DNA from: Macrostomum lignano
Taxonomy: Eukaryota
Assembly (NCBI GenBank): GCA_002269645.1
Contig: NIVC01000094.1
Location: 372,001-436,000 of the forward strand
Direction of reading: 5' to 3'
Length of the DNA stretch: 64,000 nucleotides
Made by a program: the position numbers and the translations under genes. Shown here piece by piece: positions 14,301 through 26,113 of this stretch. The notes beneath the pieces are model-generated. The model did not search any database and was not told where the DNA came from. It saw only the letters and a list, made by a program, of their open reading frames with translations. Positions within the stretch are counted from its first letter, which is position 1. Each line of letters opens with the position of its first letter.

Positions 14301-17300
14301 TGACAGACCCTTGGTTGAGTCGGGTGTTGACAGACCCTTGGTTGAGTCGGGTGTGACAGACCCTTGGTTGAGTCGGGTGTGACAGACCTTTGGTTGAGTC
14401 GGGTGTGACAGATCCTTGGTTGAGTCGGGTGTGACAGACCTTTGGTTGAGTCGGGTGTGACAGATCCTTGGTTGAGTCGGGTGTGACAGATCCTTGGTTG
14501 AGTCGGGTGTGACAGATCCTTGGTTGGGTCGGGTGTGACAGACCCTTGGTTGAGTCGGGTGTGACAGAACCTTGGTTGAGTCGGGTGTGACAGACCCTTG
14601 GTTAAGTCGGGTGTGACAGACCCTTGGTTGAGTCGGGTGTGACAGACCCTTGGTTGAGTCGGGTGTGACAGATCCTTGGTTGAGTCGGGTGTGACAGACT
14701 TTTGGATGACAGTCGGTTGTGACAGATCCTTAAGTGACAGTCAATAAGCTAACCCAGATCCCCAGTTTACCAGACCATTACCTGATCGTGCTGGTGCGTG
14801 ATGTGGCGCAGGGCGCACACAACGGGCTCAGTGACCTCTTCGCGGTCCTGGGCGGCGCACAGAGTCTGGGTGAGCGCCACGGCGCCATTGGAGCCAGTCA
14901 CTACGGCTTTGTTGTGCGGATTCCAGCAGGTCAAATTGCAGAGAATCCCAGCGGCGCAGATCACGTAGTCCATGTCCTGGGAGCCGAGCAGGTCGACCAA
15001 GTCGCGGAGCAGCTGGTCCATGTCGCGCAGGTGATAGGCCTGCGGAGTGTTTAGGTGAGGCATGTTGTATCGAAATAAACAGGGAATCGCTCAGATGTCA
15101 GAGGGCTCATAGGGAATCACTCAGATGTCAGACGGCTCATAGGGAATCGCTCAGATGTCAGAGGGCTCATAGGGAATCGCTCAGATGTCAGAGGGCTCAT
15201 AGGGAATCGCTCAGATGTCAGAGGGATCATAGGGAATCGCTCAGATGTCAGAGGGATCATAGGGAATCACTCAGATGTCAGAGGGCTCATAGGGAATCAC
15301 TCAGATGTCAGAGGGCTCATAGGGAATCGCTCAGGTGTCAGAGGGCTAATGGGAAATCGCTCAGATGTCAGAGGGCTAATGGGAAATCGCTCAGATGTCA
15401 GAGGGCTAATGGGAAATCACTCAGATGTCAGAGGGCTCATAGGGAATCGCTCAGATGTCAGAGGGCTCATAGGGAATCGCTCAGATGTCAGAGGGCTAAT
15501 GGGAAATCGCTCAGATGTCAGAGAGCTCAAATGCTTTAAAATCGTTACAAAATACTCGAATACCCTCGTAATAAACAATGAAGTAAAAGACTACCTGGTC
15601 GCTCAGATTGCGCAGAGTCCACAGCACGTTGATGACGAGGCGGCCAGATTCGGAGCGCAGGTGCCGGCCAAGAGCGTTCATGCCGCCCGACTCAACTATG
15701 ACGGGCTTGTTGCTGGAGCAGACGGACAGGACCTTGAGCAGGCGAGCTGTCACAAACAGAAGCTTCTCATAGTTGGCGCGGCGAAGAATGTCAACTAGTT
15801 CGACCGTGCCGCCCGACTTCAGGATCAACAGCTTCGTCTCCTCGTTGCCTGGCGGATGAGGCAGAGGGGAGGCATGCGGAAGTGCGCCTACATTCACTAC
15901 CAATTGAAATAATATACACACAATTTCTATAGTCGAACTACTATCTTTAAACCCTAAGACTTACAGAGGACACTACACGGAGCTAAAGTGGACACCGCTA
16001 TCTACCTCTCGTATCTACCAACAGTGGACGCCGCTATCTACCTCTCGGACCTACCAACAGTGGACGCCGCTATCTACCTCTCGGACCTACCAACAGTGGA
16101 CGCCGCTATCTACCTCTCGGACCTACCAACAGTGGACGCCGCTATCTACCTCTCGGACCTACCAACAGTGGACACCGCTATCTATCCCACGGACCTACCA
16201 ACAGTGGACACCGCTATCTATCCCACGGACCTACCAACAGTGGACACCGCTATCTATACCACGGACCTACCAACAGCTACCTTCATTGAGTTTTAACATT
16301 CCAAATTACTTACCAAAAGCAACCAGCTGCAGGCAGTCGACCAGCAGAGCCAGAAATCGAATGTCGCCATGACGCAACAGGCGCGTTATCACAACAACGC
16401 CGTCGCAGGCGCGCAGTTCGGCTCGGGCCTCTTCAACACACAGCAGAATGGCGCGCAGACAGGTGATAGAATAGAACAACACGCGATCGTCACCCTGGCC
16501 AAGCAGGTGGACCAGCAGCGGCACGGCCCGCTCCCGGCACTGGAAGATGCACACGCAGCCCTGCTCGGAGCGGCTGATGTGACACAGGGCGCCAATGCAG
16601 GTGCGTAGCATGTCGGCGTTGGACGGGCGAGCGGCCGCAGCCAGCAGGCACTCGATCAGGTCCAGCTGGGTGGCGAATGCCAGGCGGCAGGCCTGCGGGT
16701 CGAGTAGGGATGAGCAATAATTCGGGTGATTAAGAAGGCTAAGAGGACGGTTAGTCCTAGCTGAGGGATTTTTCATGGGAGCGGAGTAGCTGAGGGGCGG
16801 ATTCTTCATGGGAGCGGAGTAGCTGAGGGGCGGATTCTTCATGGGAGCGGAGTAGCTGAGGGGCGGATTCTTCATGGGAGCGGAGTAGCTGAGGGGCGGA
16901 TTCTTCATGGGAGCGGAGTAGCTGAGGGGCGGATTCTTCATGGGAGCGGAGTAGCTGAGGGGCGGATTCTTGATGAGGAGCGGAGTAGCTGAGGGGCGGA
17001 TTCTTCATGGGAGCGGAGTAGCTGAGGGGAGCGGAGTAGCTGAGGGGCAGATTCTTCATGAGAACCCAGTAGCGGAGGTGCTGATTCTTCATGAGAACCC
17101 AGTAGTGGAGGGGCAGATTCTTCATGAGAACCCAGTAGTGGAGGGGCAGATTCTTCATGAGAACCCAGTAGTGGAGGGGCAGATTCTTCAAGAGAATCCA
17201 ATAGCGGAGGGGCAGATTCTTTATGAGAACCCAGTAGCGGAAAGGCAGATTCTTTATGAGGACCCAGTAGCTGAGGGGCAGATTCTTTATGAGGATCCAG

Positions 17301-18305
17301 TAGCTGAGGGGCAGATTCTTTATGAGGACCCAGTAGCTGAGGGGCAGATTCTTCATGAGAACCCAGTAGCTGAGGGGCAGATTCTTCATGGTAGCGGAGT
17401 AGTCAAATGGAGGATTATCAATGGGGAAGCGGAGTTGTCAAAGGGAGGATTATCAATGGGAAGCGGAGTTGCAAAGGGAGGAATATCAATGGGGAAGCGG
17501 AGTCGTCAAAGGGAGGATTATCAATGGGGAAGCGGAGTAGTCAAATGGAGGAATATCAATGGGGAAGCGGAGTAGTCAAGGGGAGGAATATCAATGGGGA
17601 AGCGGAGTAGTCAAGGGGAGGAATATCAATGGGGAAGCGGAGTAGTCAAGGGGAGGAATATCAATGGGGAAGCGGAGTAGTCAAGGGGAGGAATATCAAT
17701 GGGGAAGCGGTGTAGTCATGGGGAGGATTATCAATGATGAAGCGGTGTAGCTGAGGGCCAGAAAAACCCAAAAGCAGAACAGCACAGCAGGCACCCACCT
17801 GCTTCTTGCACAGCAGCAGAATGAGAGTAGCGGCCCGCATGCTGACGGTCTGGTCGCTGTCGCGCATCAGCCGGCAGAGCTCGACAGCGGCGTGGGCGGC
17901 AACGTCGGCGTCCTCCTGATAGTTGATAACGTTGACCACCGCGGTTTTGAGAGTGCGGGCCGGCTCGGCCAGGCGCTGCACGGCAGTGAAATCGCCGCTC
18001 GCTCCACCCGACAGAGTCAGCCGGCCGAGGGTGGCGTCGCCGGCCAAGGCGGAGTCGGCCGTCTCCGGGAACAGGGCATCGCGGATGCGGCCGGCCCGGG
18101 TCTGGTGAATCCGGCGGCTCAGTGAGTCCAGAGTGCGGCTGCCGTGCTGCACCTGCTGCTGCTGCTCCAACTGCAGCTGCTGGCCGTCAGTCCGGTCCGA
18201 CCAGGGCAGCTCAAAGCTCAGCTCGGGCGCCTCTTCGCGCTGCTGGCGAGTCGAGGTGCGCGAAGTAGTAGTGGTGGTGTACTGGCGAACTTCATAGGAT
18301 GCCAT
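11309..18305 (-). CDS. CTNNB1: Beta-catenin/armadillo family protein (~746 aa; exons 18305-17799, 16692-16314, 15848-15595, 15039-14782, 14182-13438, 11406-11309)
   Basis: Family hallmarks [116 protein letters not shown]. Six exons join in frame through GT-AG introns (2241 nt). The symbol is family-level; orthology is not established. Confidence 0.93.
11660..12300. repeat. ~60-bp AT-rich minisatellite built from two ~30-bp subunits (TAGAAACAAAG...), beta-catenin intron 5
   Basis: Alternating TAGAAACAAAGAAGAACCAGATTTCTATAAT / TAGAAACAAAGAGCAAGATGTCTATTTT. Confidence 0.9.
14213..14730. repeat. 26-bp minisatellite (GAGTCGGGTGTGACAGACCCTTGGTT), beta-catenin intron 4
   Basis: ~20 tandem copies. 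Confidence 0.95.
15080..15525. repeat. 30-bp minisatellite (GGGAATCGCTCAGATGTCAGAGGGCTCATA), beta-catenin intron 3
   Basis: ~15 tandem copies. Confidence 0.95.
15988..16275. repeat. 36-bp minisatellite (GTGGACGCCGCTATCTACCTCTCGGACCTACCAACA), beta-catenin intron 2
   Basis: ~8 tandem copies. Confidence 0.93.
16757..17750. repeat. 33-bp minisatellite with progressive sequence drift, beta-catenin intron 1
   Basis: Unit changes along the array from AGCTGAGGGGCGGATTCTTCATGGGAGCGGAGT to AGTCAAGGGGAGGAATATCAATGGGGAAGCGGAGT-like. Confidence 0.9.
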
Positions 18306-20059
18306 GCTGTTGTGTAAGCTTTTTAATAATTAGCTGCTCTGCAGAATGAGTTATATATAGGTAGGTTTTTATGTAAAATCCAACACTTGTAGCTAAAATC
18401 TGTAAGTTTTTTAATGGCCAAAGCGTGTATTACCCTAGCGATTTCTTTGTAGATCAAAATGTTAGATTCTATATAAGGCCTTGAGTTGAGCTATTTTCTT
18501 ACAAAAATATTAATAGAACTTTGCCAAAATACTTTCCAATGATAATGCCTAAGATATATAGGGCATAGGCCTAAATTGATGCTGGCCCTATAGGAATACA
18601 ATTTGAGATCCTGATAAGATATTGAAGATATTCATTTTGAAGCACAGCATTAAATATAACAAATTTTGTAGTAGTTGAACACTATCTGCATAATTATTCT
18701 TATATAAAATGCTAGCAATGAGAGATACCAGGTCTATTGGTTGAAAAAGCATTATAAAAAGTTCAAGTATATATATATTTTTTTCTTTTTTAGACTATAA
18801 TTATTGTTGCTTATAAATGCTTTATATTTATAAGTTTGTCAAACATTTTACAAAAAACTATATATACTAATATCATTTTTTGAAAAAAAGAAACATTTCA
18901 AAAGCATTCTAATTTTAAATAAATATACTTGCCATTATTAGTATACTTAGGCTTATTAAGCAAAGAATTTTCTTCACTTTTTAATTCTTGCATTTAATTT
19001 TATTTTTATATACAGTTTGTATTTTTAAGGAAAAACAAAATTTATTTTTATTCTTACCCATTTTTTCCCTTTTTAATTGGCTTATTAGACTATTTACCTA
19101 TAAATTTCTACATGATTAAACTATTTTCAAAAAAAAGAAATATTAATATATATATATTAAATATTATGCACTAAGTGTCTATCAGCTATTATGGATCTAT
19201 AGTCCAGAAGAAGGCATGTATGCCCAAAATTTCTGGGATATACTCAAGAAATTTTGCATATATATTAGTATTCAAAAGTGATTTTATGCTTTTGGTTTAA
19301 TATTTTGGTATGTTTAATATTTTGGTATGTGACATACATCAAAAAATACATTATCAATAGTATTCACAATAGTTTTCTATGTATTATAATTGCAAAATTT
19401 GATAACTATTTAAAGCAAAACTGATTTCTGTGTTTTTAAAAAGGTAATGGTTTAAAATTTCAATAATTTTATCTTTAAATATAGGAAATATTATACAAAT
19501 ATATTTATTATTTTCAGTTATTAACTTTATCTAATTGAAATTAAATATAAAAATTACTAATTGAGTAATACTTTTGCAAAATTGATTATTTGAAGCGTTA
19601 GGTGTATATAAATTATATAATATTTATTATGTATTTGGCATATACTAGTGGGTGTAAGACCAAGATGGCCACACACCAAGATGGCCACAGCTGGGGTGGG
19701 GGTCACGGAAAATGACAGCTGGTTTACTATTGGATAGCTTCGGGTGGGGAGATGTGGGGTTGCAATGGGGGGGGGGTTTAGACAGGCAGTCAAAATTTTA
19801 TTAGTTTATTGCAGGGCTAAAGACAAAAATGGTTACGAGTCTTAATTTCCTACTTATAGTAGGCCCCTAAGAGGTGTAAACATATTTCGTATTAAACAAA
19901 TCTCTTCTTCATATAAAATCTGGTGTAGCTTTTTCCAGTTTCTCTTATTGGTCGAGACTAATTTACTTGTTTAAAGGGATAAAAACTGGGTAAATTTCAT
20001 GCCCTGTTCAAAATTCATCTGTCTCATTCACTGAAGCAGTCTAAGCACTTAGATACAAA

Positions 20060-20452
20060 ATGGCAGGCGCATATCCATGTGTAGTCTGTCTGCAGCCAGT
20101 TTGCGATGGACAAGAAGCAATTGAGTGTTCTCAATGCTTGAATTGGCAGCACCGTGCATGTGATAGTCGCGTCACAATCGATCAGTATTCTGCAATGAGA
20201 AATGTCGGTGAGTTTTTCTGGCTTTGCAATCAATGCAATAGACGGGCTCCTGCAGGTAACTTAGCAGTGTCTCAAGCTGCAGATGCTGCAGTGGTACATG
20301 TACAAGCCCCGAATTCTGGACCAGCGGCTGTTCCTCTGCCTGCTGAAAATCCAGAACCAGTGCATTTGATTCCAGCACAAGCAGAAAATTTTCTTTACCA
20401 GTATCCAGATTTCAATGACCCTGATGTACCTTATTGCCATTTCAGATCATAA
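20060..20452 (+). CDS. PHD-finger (C4HC3) ORF inside the TIR element
   Basis: CVVC...CSQC..WQHRAC...WLCNQC spacing; real ATG at 20060. May be the first exon of a decayed transposon gene. Confidence 0.7.
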   Translation: MAGAYPCVVCLQPVCDGQEAIECSQCLNWQHRACDSRVTIDQYSAMRNVGEFFWLCNQCNRRAPAGNLAVSQAADAAVVHVQAPNSGPAAVPLPAENPEPVHLIPAQAENFLYQYPDFNDPDVPYCHFRS

Positions 20453-21544
20453 CGAGTTAAAAAAGCCAAAAAAATCCGCACTGCGGCACTTACTTATTTG
20501 TACTGCACCCAATATAGCCCTGGAGCATATTTAAGAATCACCGTGCACATTTCTTGCCAGATATTACACTTTGTTTTACGCTCAAATTTGGGATGGGGGG
20601 GTTCATTGCGTTGCACTTACAGAGCAAACAGCCTTTACTTGGGCTAGTCACTGCATGTATGTGTGACTCAGTGCACTTCTGCCTCCGTAATTCATCATCA
20701 TCCCATCATCCCCATCATTATGCATGATATTATATGAGCTACGTATACGAGCTATTAAAATGCAGATATGAGATACCTTTTGCACCCAAGTTCGCAGAAC
20801 AGCTAGGCCTGATGAAAGATTTCATAGAAAAACATTTTTTTCATTGCTACAAACTGTTGTCAATACCTTGGTATCTAGAAATAATATGAAATATCGTGAA
20901 TGGGTGGCAACTGATGCAGTGTTTTTATTTTTGATTTCCACTTCTATTGAGTTCACATACGAGCCGTATTATTTTGTTTAAGTTGAATACAAAAGGTAGG
21001 CGGGGTTGCTTTCAATTCAAGCTTGAATGAGCAAAGACTTAATTTATGGTCACGGATCGTTACACTCAAGCCAACCCTAGAGCAACTTTTTTTCAATTGT
21101 GGCCTGTACTGATACAATATGATTAGAAGTCATAAATAGTCTAAATAACTGACTGGCTTGCGTGGAGATAAAAATCTATCTATATAAAACAGCTCACCTC
21201 AAATCAGCCATATCGTTATTTTTCGTTGCAATCTTTTTTCAGTTTTAACATTTTTAGCCAACTGCTATGGTTGGTAACCATGATAAAAATTTGGCTCGTA
21301 AATAAATAACTCAATATAGTGACTTTGCATGCAGCACTTAGCATGAAGCCTCAGATTTATTTATGTAAATATCATTTGTACTCTTTATGCACTGCGGCAA
21401 ATTTGCACAGATATGAGATGCATGTATTTTTCAGCAAGTACTGATACCCAAGAGACGCAAGGCTTCAATCAAAGTCTGACAATTCTGAAATCTCGTCAAA
21501 TTAAGCCGAACCTCTAAATACATGTACAGATACAAGTCTGATAC

Positions 21545-23715
21545 AAACAGAAGAGAGAAGAGATCAGATAGGAGAGATGAAAGAGGAGAAAGGAGAGATG
21601 AGAAAGCAGAGACGAGAAATGAGACAGTAGAGCTAGAACAGAGGAGAGAGGAGAGGGAAGAGATTATAGAGACGAGTGGAGACAGAAGAGAAATATGTGA
21701 GAGCAGACATGAGAGACAATGGGAGAGAAGTGGAGTGAAGGAGAAAGGAGAATAAAGGGGGAGAATCGAGAGGACAGGAAGAGAGGGGAAGGGAGAGAAG
21801 AGAGATGAGAGGAAATAGAAGAATGGAGAAGGGAGAGAGTAGAAAGGAGAAGAGAGATGGGAGAGCAGGAGAGATGAGAGGGAGGAGAGAGTAGAGAGGG
21901 GAGGTGAAAGAGTAAAGGGGAGAAAGTTGAGAGAAGAGTTGGGAGAGTTGGGAAAAAAGAGGAGAAATGTTAAAGGAGAGTACAGATGAGAGATGAGAGA
22001 GAGGAGATAAGACAGGAAATAAATAATAGGAGAGAGGGTCGAGATGATAGAGGAGAGAGAATTGAGAATTTCGCACTGACCTACGAGGTGCGAACAAACA
22101 CGAGAAATCAAACTGAAATGTGCTAATTTTAACAGTCCCAGACTTCCATTGTTCCTACAAAATTTTAAACAGCGGGGCAGGACCTCCTGCGGGGCAGACC
22201 CATGGAAATTTTTCCGGTTTCCAAGATAATATTGACTTATAGGGAATAAACACATACCGTACAAGCTCAAATTTGAGCTCAAAGTTCGAGCTCAAATCCT
22301 AGATATTTAAACATCGCCACATGAGCACGGAGTCACAACATAGTTTGAATATGATGGAAAGCGCACGTAAATAAGCGAAAAGCGGTATCCAACGGGGCAA
22401 CACGAGCAATCTTTCAATATGCTAATTGGGAGGGGATTAAGCAATCACGGGCTGACTACCATTCTGCCACTCAGCGGGGGTCGAACGGGAGACTAACTCC
22501 TAATAAATAAATTTTCTCAGTCCTATAATCTTTAATGACATGACACGGCCTTCACACATGGGGCTCCAAGGCCTCCACGCTCCTTCCAGTGATTTTTTTA
22601 GAATAGTCTTTGACTCTTAGCAAAGACAGCGCACTGCCCCCATCCACCAGAAGGTGGGTGGGCACATTCTTGATAGGATACTCTACAACAATATCTCTCC
22701 CGCGTTGCCTTCTAGCTGGCCTCAGCTGGTACAAGTCGGGCACTTTTTTAAACATAGGCTTCTTTCCTATGTTTGCTATCTATCTTTTCTATCTTTCCTT
22801 CTTTCCTAAGGGGAGAGAGTGGAGACCAGAGATAAATGAGAAGAGAGAGCAAAGATAAAAGAGAAGAAAGGTGAGGGAAGATCGACGAGAGAAGATGGGA
22901 GAGAGGAGATAGGAAAGAAGAGAAGAGAAGAGAGAGAGAGAGAAGAGAGAGAGAGGAAACAAAAGAGAAGATAGAGTTGGCCCCCAAAGCGAAGCGAGGA
23001 GTCCTGATGACAGAGCGGGCCAGAGGTGAGGAGAGAGGGTAAGGAATAGAGAAGAGAAATACAAGCATAGGATAAACGAGAGGCGAAGGAATAAAGGAGA
23101 AGAGAGTTGATGAGAGGAGAGATTATATACGAGCGGAGAGAGAGGAGAAGGGAGATTAATGGAGAGGAGAAAGGAGGGAAGGGAGAAGAAAATGAAGAGG
23201 AAAAGGGAGATGAATGATGATAGCAAAGAGGTGAGAAGAGAGGAGAGGATAGACATGAGGAGAAAGGAGAGGAGAGAGGTGAGGGCAGAGATGAGAGAGG
23301 AGAGGGCAGAGATGAGAGAGAGAAAAGATGAGAGGAGAGGGCAGACATGAGAGAGAAAAGATGAGAGAAGAGGGCAGACATGAGAGAGAGAATAGATTAG
23401 AGAGAGGGCAAGAGATGAGAGGAGAGGGCAGAGATGAGAGGAGAGGGCAGAGATGAGAGAGAGAAAGATGATACAGGAGAGGGCAGAGATGAGAGAAAGA
23501 AAGATGATACAGGAGAGGGCAGAGATGAGAGAGAAAAGAGAGAAGAGGGCAGACATGAGAGAGAATAGATAAGAGAGAAGAGGGCAAGAGATGAGAGAGG
23601 AGAGGGCAGAGATGAGAGAGAGAAAAGATTAGAGACGAGAGGGCAGAAATGACAGAGAAAAGAAAAGAGACGAGAGTGCAGAGATGAGACAGAGAAAAGA
23701 TGAGAGACAAGAGGC
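21545..23715. repeat. Two GA-rich (purine-only) low-complexity blocks, 21545-22065 and 22805-23715
   Basis: GAGAG/AGATGAGA-type degenerate repeats; source of the S/L/F-rich ORFs. Confidence 0.9.
22552..22755 (-). pseudogene. Possible relic of a retroelement aspartic protease
   Basis: VPTHLLVDGGSALSLL resembles the (L/V)D(T/S)GA..S(L/V)I pepsin-like retropepsin motif; short and stop-terminated. Confidence 0.35.
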
Positions 23716-26113
23716 ACTCCAATTTTTGCTTACTTCTATCATAACTAATACCTTTACCCTCTACCTTTAACTTTTAACATATACAAACAACACGTCAGTT
23801 TTAATATATTGAGATACGTTTGAAACTATTATCCATGATACAAAAATCAAATGTCTTGTGCTAGTAGTGCTACTAGCTTTAGTAGGTAGTAATACCTGCT
23901 GTAAAGGGAAGTGTTTTTTGTTTTACTTAGTCTAATTTCACTAACGAAATCTGTCTTCTCCGAGACTTGAAGCTACGTCATACCCCACCCCAATCACAGC
24001 CAATAGGAAATGAGGAAATATATAGACCTATTCCTATCCAAGCAGCCATTCAGAGCTGTGGCCATCTTGGTGTGTGGCCATCTTGGTCATGCGCCTACTA
24101 GTATATACCAAAAAATAAATAATTTTTTCTGGGGTACATATAAATTATTACAAACTATAGACTTATAGATAGACCTATATACCAAAAAATTCTAGCATAT
24201 AAGACATGATCTAAGTGTATTTAAGGTTAACTTGTATTATTTAGATTAGATTAGTAAAGATTAGCCAAAAATTTATCTAGGCTTATACTTAGACTCTACT
24301 TATTAATATTAGGGCCTATCACTTTAAAATTAAAGCAAAAATGTTTGTTAGGCTTTGAAGATACAAATAAATGAACTATAAAATTTTATGAATATGATAG
24401 GCTAATGATAGGCTGATAGACTAATTTAATGATAAATTATAAGTTTTGTCAGTTGCTTAAAAAGTCTCTAAAAAATTATATAAAATTCAAAAGATATTTT
24501 AATATTAAGCAATAGAACTGATTTAAAATAGGCCTACTATAATACAAAACAATTATGACTTATCACATTTATTATTTATAATAGGCCCTAATATATTTAA
24601 AGATAACTTTTCTATTTTCTATATCAGTTGGATTTATTATTTATGCAGTAGGATTTTTCGTAGGTATGTATAGTCTACTTTACTGTATTATACAGATCAT
24701 AGACTATAGCATTTAGACTTAGGCCTAGTGTTTACATTGACTAGTCGGCTAGGCCTAGGTCCTATTGTTAATTGAGCATAGGCCTACTCAAACTGACTGA
24801 TTTAATTGCTAGTACATTAGCCATAACAGGTCGTAATTAGATGATAATGCAAACAGTAAAAATGAAAAGCCAACTTTATAACTTGAAAAAATTATTCCAC
24901 AGTGTTTTTTTAATTTTTATCCCCAAAAACTTTACAGATACGTTTAACACAAGTAAACGGAAGGAAGAATGAAGCGAAAAAAACAAGAAAAAATAGGAAT
25001 TTTAAAAATACAAAAAAGAGTTTTAACAAAAGCTTATTAGATTATCATTTATTTAGAATTCAACAGAAATGAGCTTTGACACATGAATTCACTTTGGAAA
25101 ATTGGTAGATTGCTATTTTATTATTTATCTCTTATCGCTTCTTTATAAATTTTGGAGTTATGCTAAGCATAGTCATTGCTCTTGGGCGGCACCCTGCAAA
25201 ACAAGTTTCTCAACCTAACAATACCTCGCGGGCTCATGATCAACACAAAGTTAAAACAGACTTCGGGTTCTATGTACATTGTATGATCGGTCACAGCGCA
25301 AGCTGTACATGTACAAGAATGATCTTCAAACCCTGAATAGTCTTGCTAGATCGAATGCATGAAAAAAATATAAAAGAATAAAAAAGAATAAAAATATTCT
25401 TTTTAGATTGCCTTAACATTAGGACCAAATATTGGTTTTAAATATGCCATGAAAAAAATGATAAGTGCATCCAAACCATTCACTTTTAAAATAGATTTAC
25501 ACAGCTTCATTCACCTAACAGCTTTTAAATACGTGTACATGCATACACTGTACTCTTACTTGTTACATATGTACTTGCGTACATGCACATAATGTATGGC
25601 CCATAGGTTCGTACTTTTAAACAATCATTTAAGTGCCAGCTTGTGCTCTGTTTCCTCCTCATTGAATACGCTGAAATCTGCATCTCAGCCCGTCTGCATT
25701 TAAAATTGTACAGAAAATAAAATAAAAGAATTAGCACGCAAGGAAGTTTTTTCTGTCGAAGTTGAAAACAAAGAAAAGGCTGACTTAAAATTAAACCTGA
25801 ATAACATTTTATTTCTTGACCGTCTGTATGGAATGCATTTCGCACAAAAGGAAATATTTATTCTGCTGCTAGCTGCTCTGCAGGAGCAAGGAGCAGTGCA
25901 GTGCAGGCTTGATTTGTCCCTACAGGCGGCGTTTTCCATAACTTTGGCCAAGAATTTCGTGTGCGGCCGTGCACCTCCTATGTGAATTGCAAAATCAAGC
26001 AGACCGAATTGTTGGAGCGCTCTCTATATACATCGGAATGGGAGGGTAACTAAAATGGAAATGATTAAGTGCGAATGCGATCTAGCGTGTTCCAGTCTCG
26101 GGACGTTGGCAAT

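Larger units (their letters stand above)
19645..24101. mobile_element. ~4.5-kb DNA transposon-like element with ~50-bp terminal inverted repeats
   Basis: Left end CTAGTGGGTGTAAGACCAAGATGGCCACACACCAAGATGGCCACAGCT; right end AGCTGTGGCCATCTTGGTGTGTGGCCATCTTGGTCATGCGCCTACTAG. Both ends are flanked by TATA. Exact ends are ambiguous because the IR may extend to 19637/24109. No transposase found. Confidence 0.75.

Noticed and set aside
21431-23722. Hydrophobic S/L/F-rich ORFs that look like membrane proteins
   Set aside because: They are the reverse translation of GA-only low-complexity DNA
19646-24100. Academ assignment for the TIR element (TAG...CTA ends)
   Set aside because: The 3-4 bp outside those ends are reverse complements (TAC/GTA), not a direct duplication
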